Below, one piece after another: positions 19,870 to 29,125 of a DNA stretch of 64,000 nucleotides (positions are counted from its first letter, which is position 1; each line of letters begins with the position of its first letter). The position numbers were made by a program, and so were the translations under genes. The stretch spans positions 723,850 through 787,849 of the forward strand of contig CAWAWS010000039.1 of NCBI GenBank assembly GCA_963785725.1. Direction: 5' to 3'. Origin of the DNA: an uncultured delta proteobacterium. Its GTDB lineage: Bacteria; Myxococcota_A; Polyangia; Palsa-1104. The notes beneath the pieces are model-generated. The model had not been told where the DNA came from. It did no database searches and saw only the letters and a list, made by a program, of their open reading frames with translations.

Positions 19870-21168
19870 ATGAAGCCACTCGCTGCTTCGCCAGTCGCCG
19901 ATAGGCGAGCCCACTATTCGCTCGCGCAACGGGTCACGCTGCAGGTCTATCGCGTCGTCGCCCTGTCATTGGGAATCTGGCTACTCCTCGGACCGCTGCC
20001 GTCGATCGCACAAAAGCTTCCCGCGGCCGCGGCCGATGGTGGCGTCGGCTGGTATGCCGCGCGACAGCTGAAAGCCGGCCACGATCCCTGCGACCCGGTC
20101 GAGCTGCAAAAGGCCGGGATTACCGGGCTCGGCCAGCCACCGACGGTCGCCATCTGGTTTCTGCCGTTCGCCTCGCTCACCGCCGAGCAGATGGGAACGG
20201 ACCTCAGGCTGCTCGCCATCTTCGCGCTGATTGCTCATTTGACAGTGCTGGCATTCGAGCTCGGCGCGATCACGCCCATTGCATTGACGGTTCTCACGTT
20301 CGGCTTTTTATTCTCGCGGCAATTCTTCCTCTATCACCTCGACGTCGGTCAGATATCCGAGCTCATCGCCTGTTGGATCGTGGCGACCTGGCTCTTCTTG
20401 CGTCGCGATGAAGATATCGCGGCCGGCGTCTGCCTCGGCTTGGCCTGCACGATGAAGCTCTATCCCGCCGTGATCGCGCTCTTCTTCATCGCGAGCGGAC
20501 GATGGCGCGCGCTCGCCGCCAGTGTCGTCACTTACGCAGCCGTGATCTTGGCGGTCACCGTGCGCTGGGGATGGCGCTTATGGCCGCGCTTCATCGCCTC
20601 GGATAAGGACCTCGTCAACTTCTGGGTCTCGAGCGTCCACAATGGAAGTCTTTACGGAATACTGACGAGAGCATTGCAGCCACTCGGCGGGAGACAGCCG
20701 CCGAGCCACACTGCAACTGCCTTGTTCCTCGTCATTGCGTCATTACTCATCGCCTTCTTCTTCGTCTTTTCGCGCAGGACCGCCCGCGATCGCGACGACT
20801 GGGAGATCTCATTCGCGTTCGTGGCCGTCCTCGGCCCTTTTCTGCACCCGGTGGCGTGGGAGCACTACGCTGTCCTTTGGATCTTGCCGATCGGAATTGC
20901 AATCACGCGAATGGGTCGAATGGCTCGATGGCGCAATAGGCTCGTGACCGGCTTCGTCCTGTTCTTGGCCTGTTACGCGATGTCGCTGCCAATGCACTAT
21001 CGATCGCTGTTCATGCGGAGCTGGGTGCTGAGCCCAATGAATCGTTTCGGGCTGCGCTTCTATGATGTCGCTAATTGGCTTCCGGCCGTCTTGTTGCTGG
21101 CCCTATTCGCGGTGCTCCTGGTAAGCAGTGACAAGAGCTGGTGTAGAAGGACGCGCTCGCTCGCATGA
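19870..21168 (+). CDS. glycosyltransferase family 87 (DUF2029) integral membrane protein
   Basis: PPT...FLPF, GQIS, AGVCLGLACTMKLYP, NGSLYG and PVAWEHY motifs; multiple TM segments. Confidence 0.8.
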   Translation: MKPLAASPVADRRAHYSLAQRVTLQVYRVVALSLGIWLLLGPLPSIAQKLPAAAADGGVGWYAARQLKAGHDPCDPVELQKAGITGLGQPPTVAIWFLPFASLTAEQMGTDLRLLAIFALIAHLTVLAFELGAITPIALTVLTFGFLFSRQFFLYHLDVGQISELIACWIVATWLFLRRDEDIAAGVCLGLACTMKLYPAVIALFFIASGRWRALAASVVTYAAVILAVTVRWGWRLWPRFIASDKDLVNFWVSSVHNGSLYGILTRALQPLGGRQPPSHTATALFLVIASLLIAFFFVFSRRTARDRDDWEISFAFVAVLGPFLHPVAWEHYAVLWILPIGIAITRMGRMARWRNRLVTGFVLFLACYAMSLPMHYRSLFMRSWVLSPMNRFGLRFYDVANWLPAVLLLALFAVLLVSSDKSWCRRTRSLA

Positions 21169-21223
21169 AGCCGCTCGGCGAGCAATACGGCACGTCCAAA
21201 TAGACGTTGCGGGACGTCGTCGG

Positions 21224-22600
21224 CTAGGCCACCGCGACCTGCCGCGCCTGCACCGGCGCTTCACTCGGCCGCGACTCCGCCGCGCCTGCACCGGCCAAGC
21301 CGGCCACGCGCCACGCGACCGCGAGCCAGACGACGCTGAGCAGCGTGTTGACCACCGTGAGCGCGCCCGCGCCCAGGTGCAACACGCCGACGCCGCCCGC
21401 GACCACCGCCGTCGCCAGCACGTCGCCGGTGCGCACGACGAACGTGTCCATCGCCTGCTTGGCGCGATATTTCTCCTCGCGCGTCGTCGGCAGCCACAGC
21501 ATCGCGCGGCCGGTGTTCATGACCGAGTAGTCGCCGGCGTTCTCCGCCGTCTTGAGCCAGCGCACGACGCTGAAGCCGACGCCGAGCATCATCGTGCCGT
21601 AGACGCCGAACGCCACCAGCGGCAGGAACAGGAGCACGCCGCGCATGCCGAAGCGCTTGGCCAGCCGCGACACGATCAACGCCTGCATCAGCGCAGCGAC
21701 GACGTTGACCCAAAAGAAGAAGTCGCCGTAGAAGTGGCCGATGAACGCCGAGGCGCTCGTCGCGTGGCCGGCGGCGACGGCGACGGCGGCCGCGCGCACG
21801 ACGTTCTTGCTGAGGATGTACTCGCCGACGGTGTTGACGATGTTGAGCAGCACGAGCAGGAGCGCGACCAAGCGTAGATAGCGGCTGCGCGCGATGAGCT
21901 GGAAGCCGCCGGCGCCGTTTGCCAGCGGCGCTTCGTCGTCGCGCTTGGCGGCGCTCGCCGTCGCCGGCACGCGGCTGAGCGCGAGTACGCTGGCGCCATG
22001 CACGACCAAGAGCAGCGACGCCAGCTGCATCATCATCGCCGGCGAGACGCCGCGCGCGAACAGCGCTTCGGCGATGGCCGCGCCCACCGGGCTGCCGAGC
22101 GTCGCGCCGAAGGCGACGATGGGGAACAGCCGCTCGCCGGCGTCGCGCGCGTACAGATCGTTGGCCAGCGACCAAAACTGCGCGATGACCGACAGGCTGA
22201 AGATGCCGACCCAGACGAAGAAGGCGATGCCGACGTAGTGGACGCCAAAGTGCAGCGCCAGCGAGAACAGCTGCAAGTTGACGAAGAAGAAGCCGGTCAA
22301 GCCGAGGATCAAGCCACGCCGGCCGACCTGCTTGGTCAGCCAGCCGTACGCGGGCACGAAGCCGATGAGCAAGAGCGCCTGCAAACCGGCGGCGTAGCTC
22401 TTGACCTCGGCGCCGCCCGACGTGAGCACGAGCGGCTCGCGCACGGTCTTCAAGAGGTAATAAGCGACCATCAGCGTCAACAGGCTCACCATCATGCTGA
22501 CGACGCGTGCCCCTTCGCCGGCGCGCACCTCGCTGAAGAGCCGCAGCGTTCGGTCGAGCATCGTTCCCGGCATGGCTCGCGTCTCGATTTCGGTCTTCAT
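21224..22600 (-). CDS. Npt1/Npt2 (NTT/TLC) family nucleotide transporter, no HEAT/cNMP fusion
   Basis: AYYLLKTVRE, FFVWVGIFSL..IAQFWSLANDLY...GERLFP, KTAENAGDYS, EKYRAKQAMDTFVVRTGD. Confidence 0.9.
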   Translation of the reverse strand: MKTEIETRAMPGTMLDRTLRLFSEVRAGEGARVVSMMVSLLTLMVAYYLLKTVREPLVLTSGGAEVKSYAAGLQALLLIGFVPAYGWLTKQVGRRGLILGLTGFFFVNLQLFSLALHFGVHYVGIAFFVWVGIFSLSVIAQFWSLANDLYARDAGERLFPIVAFGATLGSPVGAAIAEALFARGVSPAMMMQLASLLLVVHGASVLALSRVPATASAAKRDDEAPLANGAGGFQLIARSRYLRLVALLLVLLNIVNTVGEYILSKNVVRAAAVAVAAGHATSASAFIGHFYGDFFFWVNVVAALMQALIVSRLAKRFGMRGVLLFLPLVAFGVYGTMMLGVGFSVVRWLKTAENAGDYSVMNTGRAMLWLPTTREEKYRAKQAMDTFVVRTGDVLATAVVAGGVGVLHLGAGALTVVNTLLSVVWLAVAWRVAGLAGAGAAESRPSEAPVQARQVAVA

Positions 22601-22612
22601 GACGATCGCTCC

Positions 22613-23320
22613 TTAGAACGTGACGGCCAGCGACGTCGCGCTGACGTGGACGGCGGGTGTGGTGGCGGCGAGCTGCCGCGCCGGCTGCGCGGCGGCGCCG
22701 AGCGCGCCGAAGCGGCGGCGGTATTCACGCAGGTCGCTCTTGGCCTGCCACGGCTGCGTCCAAATCTGCAGCTCACCGACGGCGACCGCGATGCCGGTCG
22801 ACTGCGCGGCGCGCTTCCAGTCGCCGGCGATCCAGATCGCCGCGCCGCCGACCAGGTTCATGAGCAGCGAGAAGACGTGCGGCTGCCAGGCGTAGCGGAG
22901 GTTGGCTTCGTCGGCGTTGCGGCGCAGCAGCGTCTCGGCCAGGTCGAGGCGCGCCAAGCTGCCGTCGGCTTCGCCGGCGCGGTCGAGCTCGTGCGCGCCG
23001 CGTGACGCCTTCAGCGGAAACAGGCCCATCGTGATGCCGCCGATGAGCGACTTGCCGATGCCGACGGCGGCCTCGGTGTCGGCGGCCTTGGTGCGCGCGT
23101 GCGCCAGCTGATAGCTGCCGTAGCCGAGCCCGCCGACGTAGACGATCGACCAGCCCGCTTCCCAGGTGCGCGCTTGCACGGCTTCGGCTTTGAGCCGCGC
23201 GGCGATGAAGCGCAGCCGTTCGTCGACGTGCAGGTCGTCCGCGGTCGCGGCTTCGTCTTGCGCCAACGCCGGCGCCGGCAGCGCCAACAAGAGCGACAGC
23301 GTGAGCAGGAGCCGTTTCAC
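22613..23320 (-). CDS. signal-peptide-bearing membrane protein
   Basis: GTG start overlaps the Omp85 stop (GTGA). VKRLLLTLSLLLALPAPALA signal peptide and further hydrophobic helices. Confidence 0.7.
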   Translation of the reverse strand: MKRLLLTLSLLLALPAPALAQDEAATADDLHVDERLRFIAARLKAEAVQARTWEAGWSIVYVGGLGYGSYQLAHARTKAADTEAAVGIGKSLIGGITMGLFPLKASRGAHELDRAGEADGSLARLDLAETLLRRNADEANLRYAWQPHVFSLLMNLVGGAAIWIAGDWKRAAQSTGIAVAVGELQIWTQPWQAKSDLREYRRRFGALGAAAQPARQLAATTPAVHVSATSLAVTF

Positions 23321-24702
23321 GACGGGTTCCCGTTGCCGGCGAAGACGAGCCGCACGCCGCCGCCGCCCGTGGCGCCGAAGCCGTAAGCGAACTGGATGCG
23401 CATCGTGTACTTGTTGGCCGAGTGCATGCGGAAGCCGAAGCCGACGTCGGGCTTCAAGTCGTGCACGGTGAAGTCGGCGAACTGCGGCTTGAAGACGCCG
23501 CCGTAATCGGCGAAGAGCGAGCCGTCCATCCACATCCAGATCGGCCAGCGGTACTCGATGGTACCAAGCAGCGACGAGTCGTCGCGGAAGCGGGCGCGCC
23601 GAAAGCCGCGCAGGTCGTCGATGCCGCCCAGCTGCACCAGCTCCGAGAACGGGATGGTCGAGCCGCCGAGCGCGATCTCGTCCTCGGCGGAGATGCCGAT
23701 GTAGAGGCTGCGATGGCGGAAGAGCTCGAACGAGCGGCCGATGTGACCGTGCAGGCGCAAGTAGCTCGAGTCGTCGCTGCCGATGCCGTGCGTGTAGTCG
23801 ACGCGCGCGCCCACGAGCAGTCCCGATGACAGCTCGTCGGCGCGGCTGTCGACGTTGATGGCGACGTGCTCGCGCACGAATTGCGTGCCGCTCGAGAAGC
23901 CGGGCACGAGCCAATCGTCGACCACGCCGACGCAGTGGCCAGCGGCGCGCAAGCAGTAGACCGAGCCGATCGACTGATCGCCGTCGTATTCGCTGCCGTT
24001 GTTGTAGCGCACGAAGTCGACGGCGACGCCGGCTTCGATCTGCAGCGCCTTGACCGGCTTCCACGTCAGCGCGACGTCCGAGTCGACGCGATCGAAGCCG
24101 TAGCGGCTGAAGGGCAGCGGCACGTGCATGCCGATGCCGGTGTAGAGCTCGTCGTTGCGGCGCAGGTAGTCGGCGTGCACGGTCAGCTGCAGCTGATGCG
24201 GCAGCGGGCGCGACAGGCGGGCGTCGTTGGCGAGCACGTGCGGGCCGCCGAACGCCGACGACAGCTGCGAGCGCATGCCCGCCGGCAGCCGATTGTCGAA
24301 CAGGAGGAGCCCGAAGGACGGCGTGAACGACGCCTCATAATTGACGACGGGACGAACGCCGATGAGCCCGTCATCCGAGGTCAGCGCCGCCGTGATGTGC
24401 TGCTGCACGTGATCGCGCTCGTTCCACTCCATCGCCGGCTTCGCCACCGCGCCCAGGCCGGCGATGAACAGCCTGGGCGGCGTCAACAGCGCGCGCGCGA
24501 GGGCGCGGCCCGGCTGTTTGCGCGGCGGCTGCGCCGGACGGCCGTCATAGCGCTCGCCGTGCAGGACGTCGGGCGCGGTCGGCGCGCTGGCCGCGTTGGG
24601 CGCGCCCGGTTCGGTCGACGCGTCGGGCGCACCGGGAGCGTCCGACTCGGTCGCCTGAGCGACTAACGGGAGCAGCCACACGGCCAGGATTGCGATACGC
24701 AT
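23317..24702 (-). CDS. Omp85 (BamA/TamA superfamily) outer-membrane beta-barrel, no obvious POTRA domains
   Basis: Signal peptide; LGGIDDLRGFRRARFRD (loop-6 motif), EYRWPI, FADYGGVF, DVGFGFR. Confidence 0.85.
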   Translation of the reverse strand: MRIAILAVWLLPLVAQATESDAPGAPDASTEPGAPNAASAPTAPDVLHGERYDGRPAQPPRKQPGRALARALLTPPRLFIAGLGAVAKPAMEWNERDHVQQHITAALTSDDGLIGVRPVVNYEASFTPSFGLLLFDNRLPAGMRSQLSSAFGGPHVLANDARLSRPLPHQLQLTVHADYLRRNDELYTGIGMHVPLPFSRYGFDRVDSDVALTWKPVKALQIEAGVAVDFVRYNNGSEYDGDQSIGSVYCLRAAGHCVGVVDDWLVPGFSSGTQFVREHVAINVDSRADELSSGLLVGARVDYTHGIGSDDSSYLRLHGHIGRSFELFRHRSLYIGISAEDEIALGGSTIPFSELVQLGGIDDLRGFRRARFRDDSSLLGTIEYRWPIWMWMDGSLFADYGGVFKPQFADFTVHDLKPDVGFGFRMHSANKYTMRIQFAYGFGATGGGGVRLVFAGNGNPS

Positions 24703-24714
24703 GAAACCGCACTC

Positions 24715-24730
24715 AGCACCTTCCATGCCG
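24715..24730 (-). promoter_or_regulatory. sigma54-like promoter for the Omp85 operon
   Basis: Minus strand cGGcatggaaggtGCt, GG-N10-GC spacing, just upstream of ATG 24702. Confidence 0.45.
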
Positions 24731-24860
24731 TTCGCGAAAACGCAGCGATTTACCGGCGATGCCGCTTTGACGAGGCTCGCCGGCGGCGCGTCTGCGCAAT
24801 TCGCCGACGCTGCGCTGTCGGTTTTGTCGACAGGTGCGCTCGAAGTCCGCGTCCCGCCGT

Positions 24861-24876
24861 TGGCGCGCCCGCTGCA
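24861..24876 (+). promoter_or_regulatory. sigma54-like promoter for the kinase-like lipoprotein
   Basis: tGGcgcgcccgctGCa, GG-N10-GC spacing, upstream of ATG 24891. Confidence 0.4.
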
Positions 24877-24890
24877 ATGACCGCCCAACC

Positions 24891-26543
24891 ATGCGAGCTC
24901 GAACGCCGATCGTGATGGTCCTCATTGCCGGCTGCGCGACGACGACTCCGCCGGCGGACAGCGTCCGCTTCGTCGACCGCCCGATCTTGTGGCGCGATCC
25001 CGACGGGCAGCCGTCAGGCGTGCCGGCGCAGCACCAGGCCGGCATTCAATGGACGGGCATGCGCGACGCCGCCATCCTGCCGGCGGAGCGCGCCTTATCG
25101 CTCGATTACGGCGTGGAGTCGGTGAACGTCAACGCGCTCGACGAGGTGCCCGACTCCAATTGGTACGTCGATCGGCGGCGCGCCGGCTTGGAAGGCGAGG
25201 ACCGCGTCCGCCCGCGCACCTTCAGCGCCGACGAGATGACGCGCGGCGACTTCGGCGACGATCCGGGCCCGCAATTGCCCATCACCATCATCAAAGGCAA
25301 GGCGATCGGCTCGACGCCCGGCCTCGTCGGCATCGACGCGCGCGGCAAGCGCTACATGTTGAAGCTCGATCCGCCGGGCTGGCTCGGCATGAACACGTCG
25401 ACCGAGGTCGTGGCGACGCGGCTGGCGTGGGCGGCCGGCTGGCTGGTGCCGGCCGAGATGATCATCGACGTTCGGCCCGAGGACCTGCGCCTCGATCCCA
25501 AGGCGAAGACCAAGGACGAGTGGGATCACGACATCCCGCTGACGGCGGAGATGCTGGCCAAGCTCATGGCGCGCACGCCGCGCGAGGCCGACGGCCGCGT
25601 GCGCATCTGCGCCAGCCGCTGGCTGGCCGGCCGCGCGCTCGGCTCGTGGGCCTATTACGGCAAGCGCAGCGACGACGCCAACGATCGCATCGCGCACGAG
25701 AACCGCCGCGACGTGCGCGGCTTCGGCGTGTTCGCCGCCTGGGTCAACGACATCGACACCATGGAGAACAACACCATGGACGCGTACATCGGCAAGGACG
25801 GCAGCGGCTACGTCGTCCATTATCAGCAGGACGTCGGCGGCTCGTTCGGCCAGTTCGCCGCCATTCCCCTCGAAGTGTGGATGGGCGACGAGACCTACTT
25901 CATGCCGGGCCGAATCTTCGAGTCCTTCTTGACGCTCGGCTTCATGCAGCGCCATTGGGAGGGCAGCGCGTTGGCGGCGCGGCGCGAGCAGCAGATGCGC
26001 GACTACCACGAGCTCGGCTACTTCGACGACGAGACCTTCGACGCGCGCTCGTGGCATCCGATCTTGGACAACCCGGCGTTCGTGCGGCAGACGGCGCGCG
26101 ACCGCTATTGGGGCGCGAAGGTCGTGGCGGCGTTCACGCAAGAGGAGGTGCGCGCGGCGGTGGCGCTCGGCCATTACCAGCCGGCGACGGAGCAGCGGCT
26201 GTTCCAGATCTTGTGGACGCGGCGCGAGCGCATCTTGCGCGCCTTCTTCAGCGACGTGGCGCCGCTCGACTATTTCCGCTTTGCCGGCCACACGCTCTGC
26301 TACGACGATCTGTGGCTGCAGTCGGCGCTCGGTCAGCCGGAGGCGACGCGCTACTTCGTGGTCGAGAACGGCGCGCGGCGGACGATCGCCGGCGGCTGCA
26401 TCGCCACCGACGCGCAGCCCGGCTACCACATCGTGCAGCTGGGCGCGCAGCGCGATGGCGTGAAGATCGAGCACGTGCCGACCGTGAAGGTGCACTTCGT
26501 GGCGACGGCAGACGGCGCGCACGTCATCGGCATCGAACGCTAA
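24891..26543 (+). CDS. lipoprotein with atypical protein-kinase-like (HipA/CotH-type) fold motifs
   Basis: Lipobox LIAGC; KGKAIGSTPG, YMLKLD, STEVVATRL, WVNDIDTMENNTMD and QDVGGSFG in kinase-like order. Confidence 0.7.
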   Translation: MRARTPIVMVLIAGCATTTPPADSVRFVDRPILWRDPDGQPSGVPAQHQAGIQWTGMRDAAILPAERALSLDYGVESVNVNALDEVPDSNWYVDRRRAGLEGEDRVRPRTFSADEMTRGDFGDDPGPQLPITIIKGKAIGSTPGLVGIDARGKRYMLKLDPPGWLGMNTSTEVVATRLAWAAGWLVPAEMIIDVRPEDLRLDPKAKTKDEWDHDIPLTAEMLAKLMARTPREADGRVRICASRWLAGRALGSWAYYGKRSDDANDRIAHENRRDVRGFGVFAAWVNDIDTMENNTMDAYIGKDGSGYVVHYQQDVGGSFGQFAAIPLEVWMGDETYFMPGRIFESFLTLGFMQRHWEGSALAARREQQMRDYHELGYFDDETFDARSWHPILDNPAFVRQTARDRYWGAKVVAAFTQEEVRAAVALGHYQPATEQRLFQILWTRRERILRAFFSDVAPLDYFRFAGHTLCYDDLWLQSALGQPEATRYFVVENGARRTIAGGCIATDAQPGYHIVQLGAQRDGVKIEHVPTVKVHFVATADGAHVIGIER

Positions 26544-26551
26544 ATGTAACG

Positions 26552-28321
26552 TCAGGTGCGCGGGGGCGGCAGCGGCGTCGGCGTCAGTGTCGGCCTAGAC
26601 CGCGCGTGCTCGGCCACCAGCGCCTCGATCGCGTCGGCGGTGTCGAGCGCCAAGGCGCGCTGGGCGAGCCGCTCCGCGTCGTCGAGGCGCGCGCTGCGGA
26701 TGGCGCTCTTGACCTCGAGCAGCTGGGTGGGCGCGACGCTGAAGCGGCGCAAGCCGAGCCCCAGCAAGAGCGCGACGTTCTCGGCGAGCCCGGCCATCTC
26801 GCCGCAGATGGTGAGCTCGCGCCGCGCCGTTCGCGCGGCGTCGGTGACGGTGTGAATGAGCTGCAGCACCGACGGATGGAGCGGCTGGTAATAGCCGGCG
26901 ACGCGCTCGTCTTCGCGGTCGATGGCCAGCAGATATTGCGTCAGATCGTTGGTGCCGAGGCTGAAGAAGTCGACCTCGCGGGCCAGCGCCGGCACCATCA
27001 ACGCCGCCGACGGCACCTCGATCATCGCGCCCACCGGCGTGTCGCCGTCGAAGCGGAGGCCGCGCGCACGCAGCTCCGACTGCACGTCGCGAATGACGGC
27101 GCGCGTCCGCCGAATGTCCTCGACCCCGCCGACGACCGGCACGAGGATCGACACCGGATGTTGCGCGCTGACGCGTAAGAAGGCGGCCAGCTGCGTGCGC
27201 AGAATCGCCGGATGCTCGAGCAGGAGCCGAATTCCGCGCTGCGACAGCGACGGATTGCGCGCGTAGGGCAGCGGCAAGGTCGGCAGCTCCTTGTCGCCGC
27301 CGACGTCGAGCAGCCGCAGCGTCAGCGGACGCGGCGCGAAGCGGGCCGCCGCCCGCTCGAGGAATTCGTACTGCTCGTCCTCGGTCGGCAGGCTCGGGCG
27401 GATGAAGAAGCCGAACTCGGTACGATAGAGGCCGATGCCCTCGGCGTGATAGCGGACGGCGGCCTCGGTGTCGGCGAAGGCGTTGACGTTGGCGAGCAAG
27501 GGCACGCGGACGCCGTCGGCAGTCACGCTCGGCAGGTCGAGGATCTGCTGCAGCTCGTGCTGATGGGCGCGAATGCTCGCTTCGACGCGTTCGTACTCGC
27601 GCGCGATCGTGGCGTCGGGGTTGACGACGACGAGGCCGGCGATGCCGTCGACGATCACCGAGTCGCCGGTCTTGATCTGCTCGGTGGCGCCGATGATGCC
27701 GGCGACGGCCGTGAGCCCGCGCGCGCGCGCCAGGATCGACGCGTGCGACGAGCGGCCGCCGCGCTCGGTGACCAGCCCGCGCACGCGGTCGAGCTCGAGG
27801 CGCGCGCTCACCGACGGCAGCAGCTCGTCGGCGATGAGCACCGCGCCTTCGGGGATGACCGACTCGCCGCTCGATTGGCCGACGACGAGCACCGTCAACA
27901 GCCGCTTGCCGATGTCGCGGATGTCGGCGGCGCGCTCGCGCAGCACCGGGTCGGCGAAGCCGGTGAACGTGAGCGTCAGCTCGTCGAGCGCCTCCGTCAG
28001 CGCGGCCTCGAGGTTCAGCCGCTGCTCGCGCACGCGGGCGCGCACCGGATCGACGAGCTGCGAGCTGCGCACGAGCAGCGCCTGCGCGGCGAAGATCTCC
28101 GCCTCCAACGGCAGCCGGTCGATCAGCGAGCGTCGTAGCTCCGCCAGCTCGGCCTCGGCGCGCTCCAACGCCGCGTCGAACCGCGCCAGCTCGCCCGCGA
28201 TCTCGTCGTCGCCGATCTCGCGACGCGGGACGGCGTGATGGTGCGACGCGACGAGCACGAACGCGGTGCCGCGCGCCACGCCCGGCGAAACAGCGACCCC
28301 TTTGAGCAGCAGACCGGGCAT
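26552..28321 (-). CDS. ptsI: phosphoenolpyruvate-protein phosphotransferase (PTS enzyme I)
   Basis: LKGVAVSPG start, GGRSSHASILAR phospho-His motif, GIGLYRTEF, MIEVPSAA, SLGTNDLTQY, ICGEMAG. Confidence 0.95.
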   Translation of the reverse strand: MPGLLLKGVAVSPGVARGTAFVLVASHHHAVPRREIGDDEIAGELARFDAALERAEAELAELRRSLIDRLPLEAEIFAAQALLVRSSQLVDPVRARVREQRLNLEAALTEALDELTLTFTGFADPVLRERAADIRDIGKRLLTVLVVGQSSGESVIPEGAVLIADELLPSVSARLELDRVRGLVTERGGRSSHASILARARGLTAVAGIIGATEQIKTGDSVIVDGIAGLVVVNPDATIAREYERVEASIRAHQHELQQILDLPSVTADGVRVPLLANVNAFADTEAAVRYHAEGIGLYRTEFGFFIRPSLPTEDEQYEFLERAAARFAPRPLTLRLLDVGGDKELPTLPLPYARNPSLSQRGIRLLLEHPAILRTQLAAFLRVSAQHPVSILVPVVGGVEDIRRTRAVIRDVQSELRARGLRFDGDTPVGAMIEVPSAALMVPALAREVDFFSLGTNDLTQYLLAIDREDERVAGYYQPLHPSVLQLIHTVTDAARTARRELTICGEMAGLAENVALLLGLGLRRFSVAPTQLLEVKSAIRSARLDDAERLAQRALALDTADAIEALVAEHARSRPTLTPTPLPPPRT

Positions 28322-28428
28322 GTCGACTGTCGATTGTCCCCGCTTTGGCGCGCTTGACAAGCCGCGCTCACCCGACCGTCGCGACGTCGCCGGCCGACGC
28401 GCCCGGCCGCGCGCGATGTTGGTTTCCT

Positions 28429-28455
28429 TTACAACGTACATCTTACGTCGTACAT
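28429..28455. promoter_or_regulatory. tandem TAC-N3-GTA palindromes (probable TetR operators)
   Basis: ttacaacgtacat and ttacgtcgtacat at a 14-bp period directly upstream of the TetR gene. Confidence 0.55.
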
Positions 28456-28465
28456 TTTTCGAGTC

Positions 28466-29125
28466 GTGCCCCGTCATGCCTTGGTCGATGAGGAGATCGC
28501 CGCGTTCCGGCGGCGCGCCGTCGAGGCGGCGATGCACCTGTTCGCCGAGCAGGGTTACGCCGCGGTGACGATGCGCAGCCTCGGCGCCGCCCTCGGCGTC
28601 AGCGCCATGACCACCTACCGCTACATCTCCAGCAAAGACGAGCTGTTCGTGCTGGTCCGCGCCGAGGCCTTCCGGCGCTTCGCCGACGCGCTGGTGGCCG
28701 CGCTCGCCGCCGCGCCCTCCGACGACGCGGTCGGCAGGCTGTTCGCGCTCAAGCGCGCCTACGTCGCGTTCGCCATCGCGCAGCCCGACGCCTACCGCAG
28801 CATGTTCGAGCTGCGCGGCGGCCAGCCGGCCAAGGGCCCGGCGCGCGACGAGCTGGCGGCGCAGAGTCGGCGCGCGTTCGCCTGCCTGCACGGCTGCGTC
28901 GTCGACGCCGTCGCGCGCGGCTATCTGCAGGGCGACCCGCTGACGCATGCGCACCTGTTCTGGGCCAGCACGCATGGGCTGGTGTCGCTGCATCTCGCCG
29001 GTCAGCTCTCGCGGGAGCGGCTGCAAGTCTTGGCGCGCGAGCTGTGGGAGCTCGGCGCCTCGCTCGCGACCCTGCCGCGCCAACGCCAGCGTCAGCCTCG
29101 GAAACGCCAGCGGAGGATACGATGA
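28466..29125 (+). CDS. TetR/AcrR-family regulator
   Basis: AAMHLFAEQGYAAVTMRSLGAALGVSAMTTYRYISSKDEL HTH; WASTHGLVSL C-terminal motif. Confidence 0.95.
   Translation: MPRHALVDEEIAAFRRRAVEAAMHLFAEQGYAAVTMRSLGAALGVSAMTTYRYISSKDELFVLVRAEAFRRFADALVAALAAAPSDDAVGRLFALKRAYVAFAIAQPDAYRSMFELRGGQPAKGPARDELAAQSRRAFACLHGCVVDAVARGYLQGDPLTHAHLFWASTHGLVSLHLAGQLSRERLQVLARELWELGASLATLPRQRQRQPRKRQRRIR

Noticed and set aside
23321..24064. Long N-terminal extension of ORF 22613-24064
   Set aside because: It overlaps Omp85 in another frame. The real start is the GTG at 23320 with a signal peptide.
28322..29083. Apparent 254-aa N-terminal extension of PtsI
   Set aside because: It is the antisense of tetR. The enzyme I sequence begins at MPGLLLKG (28321).
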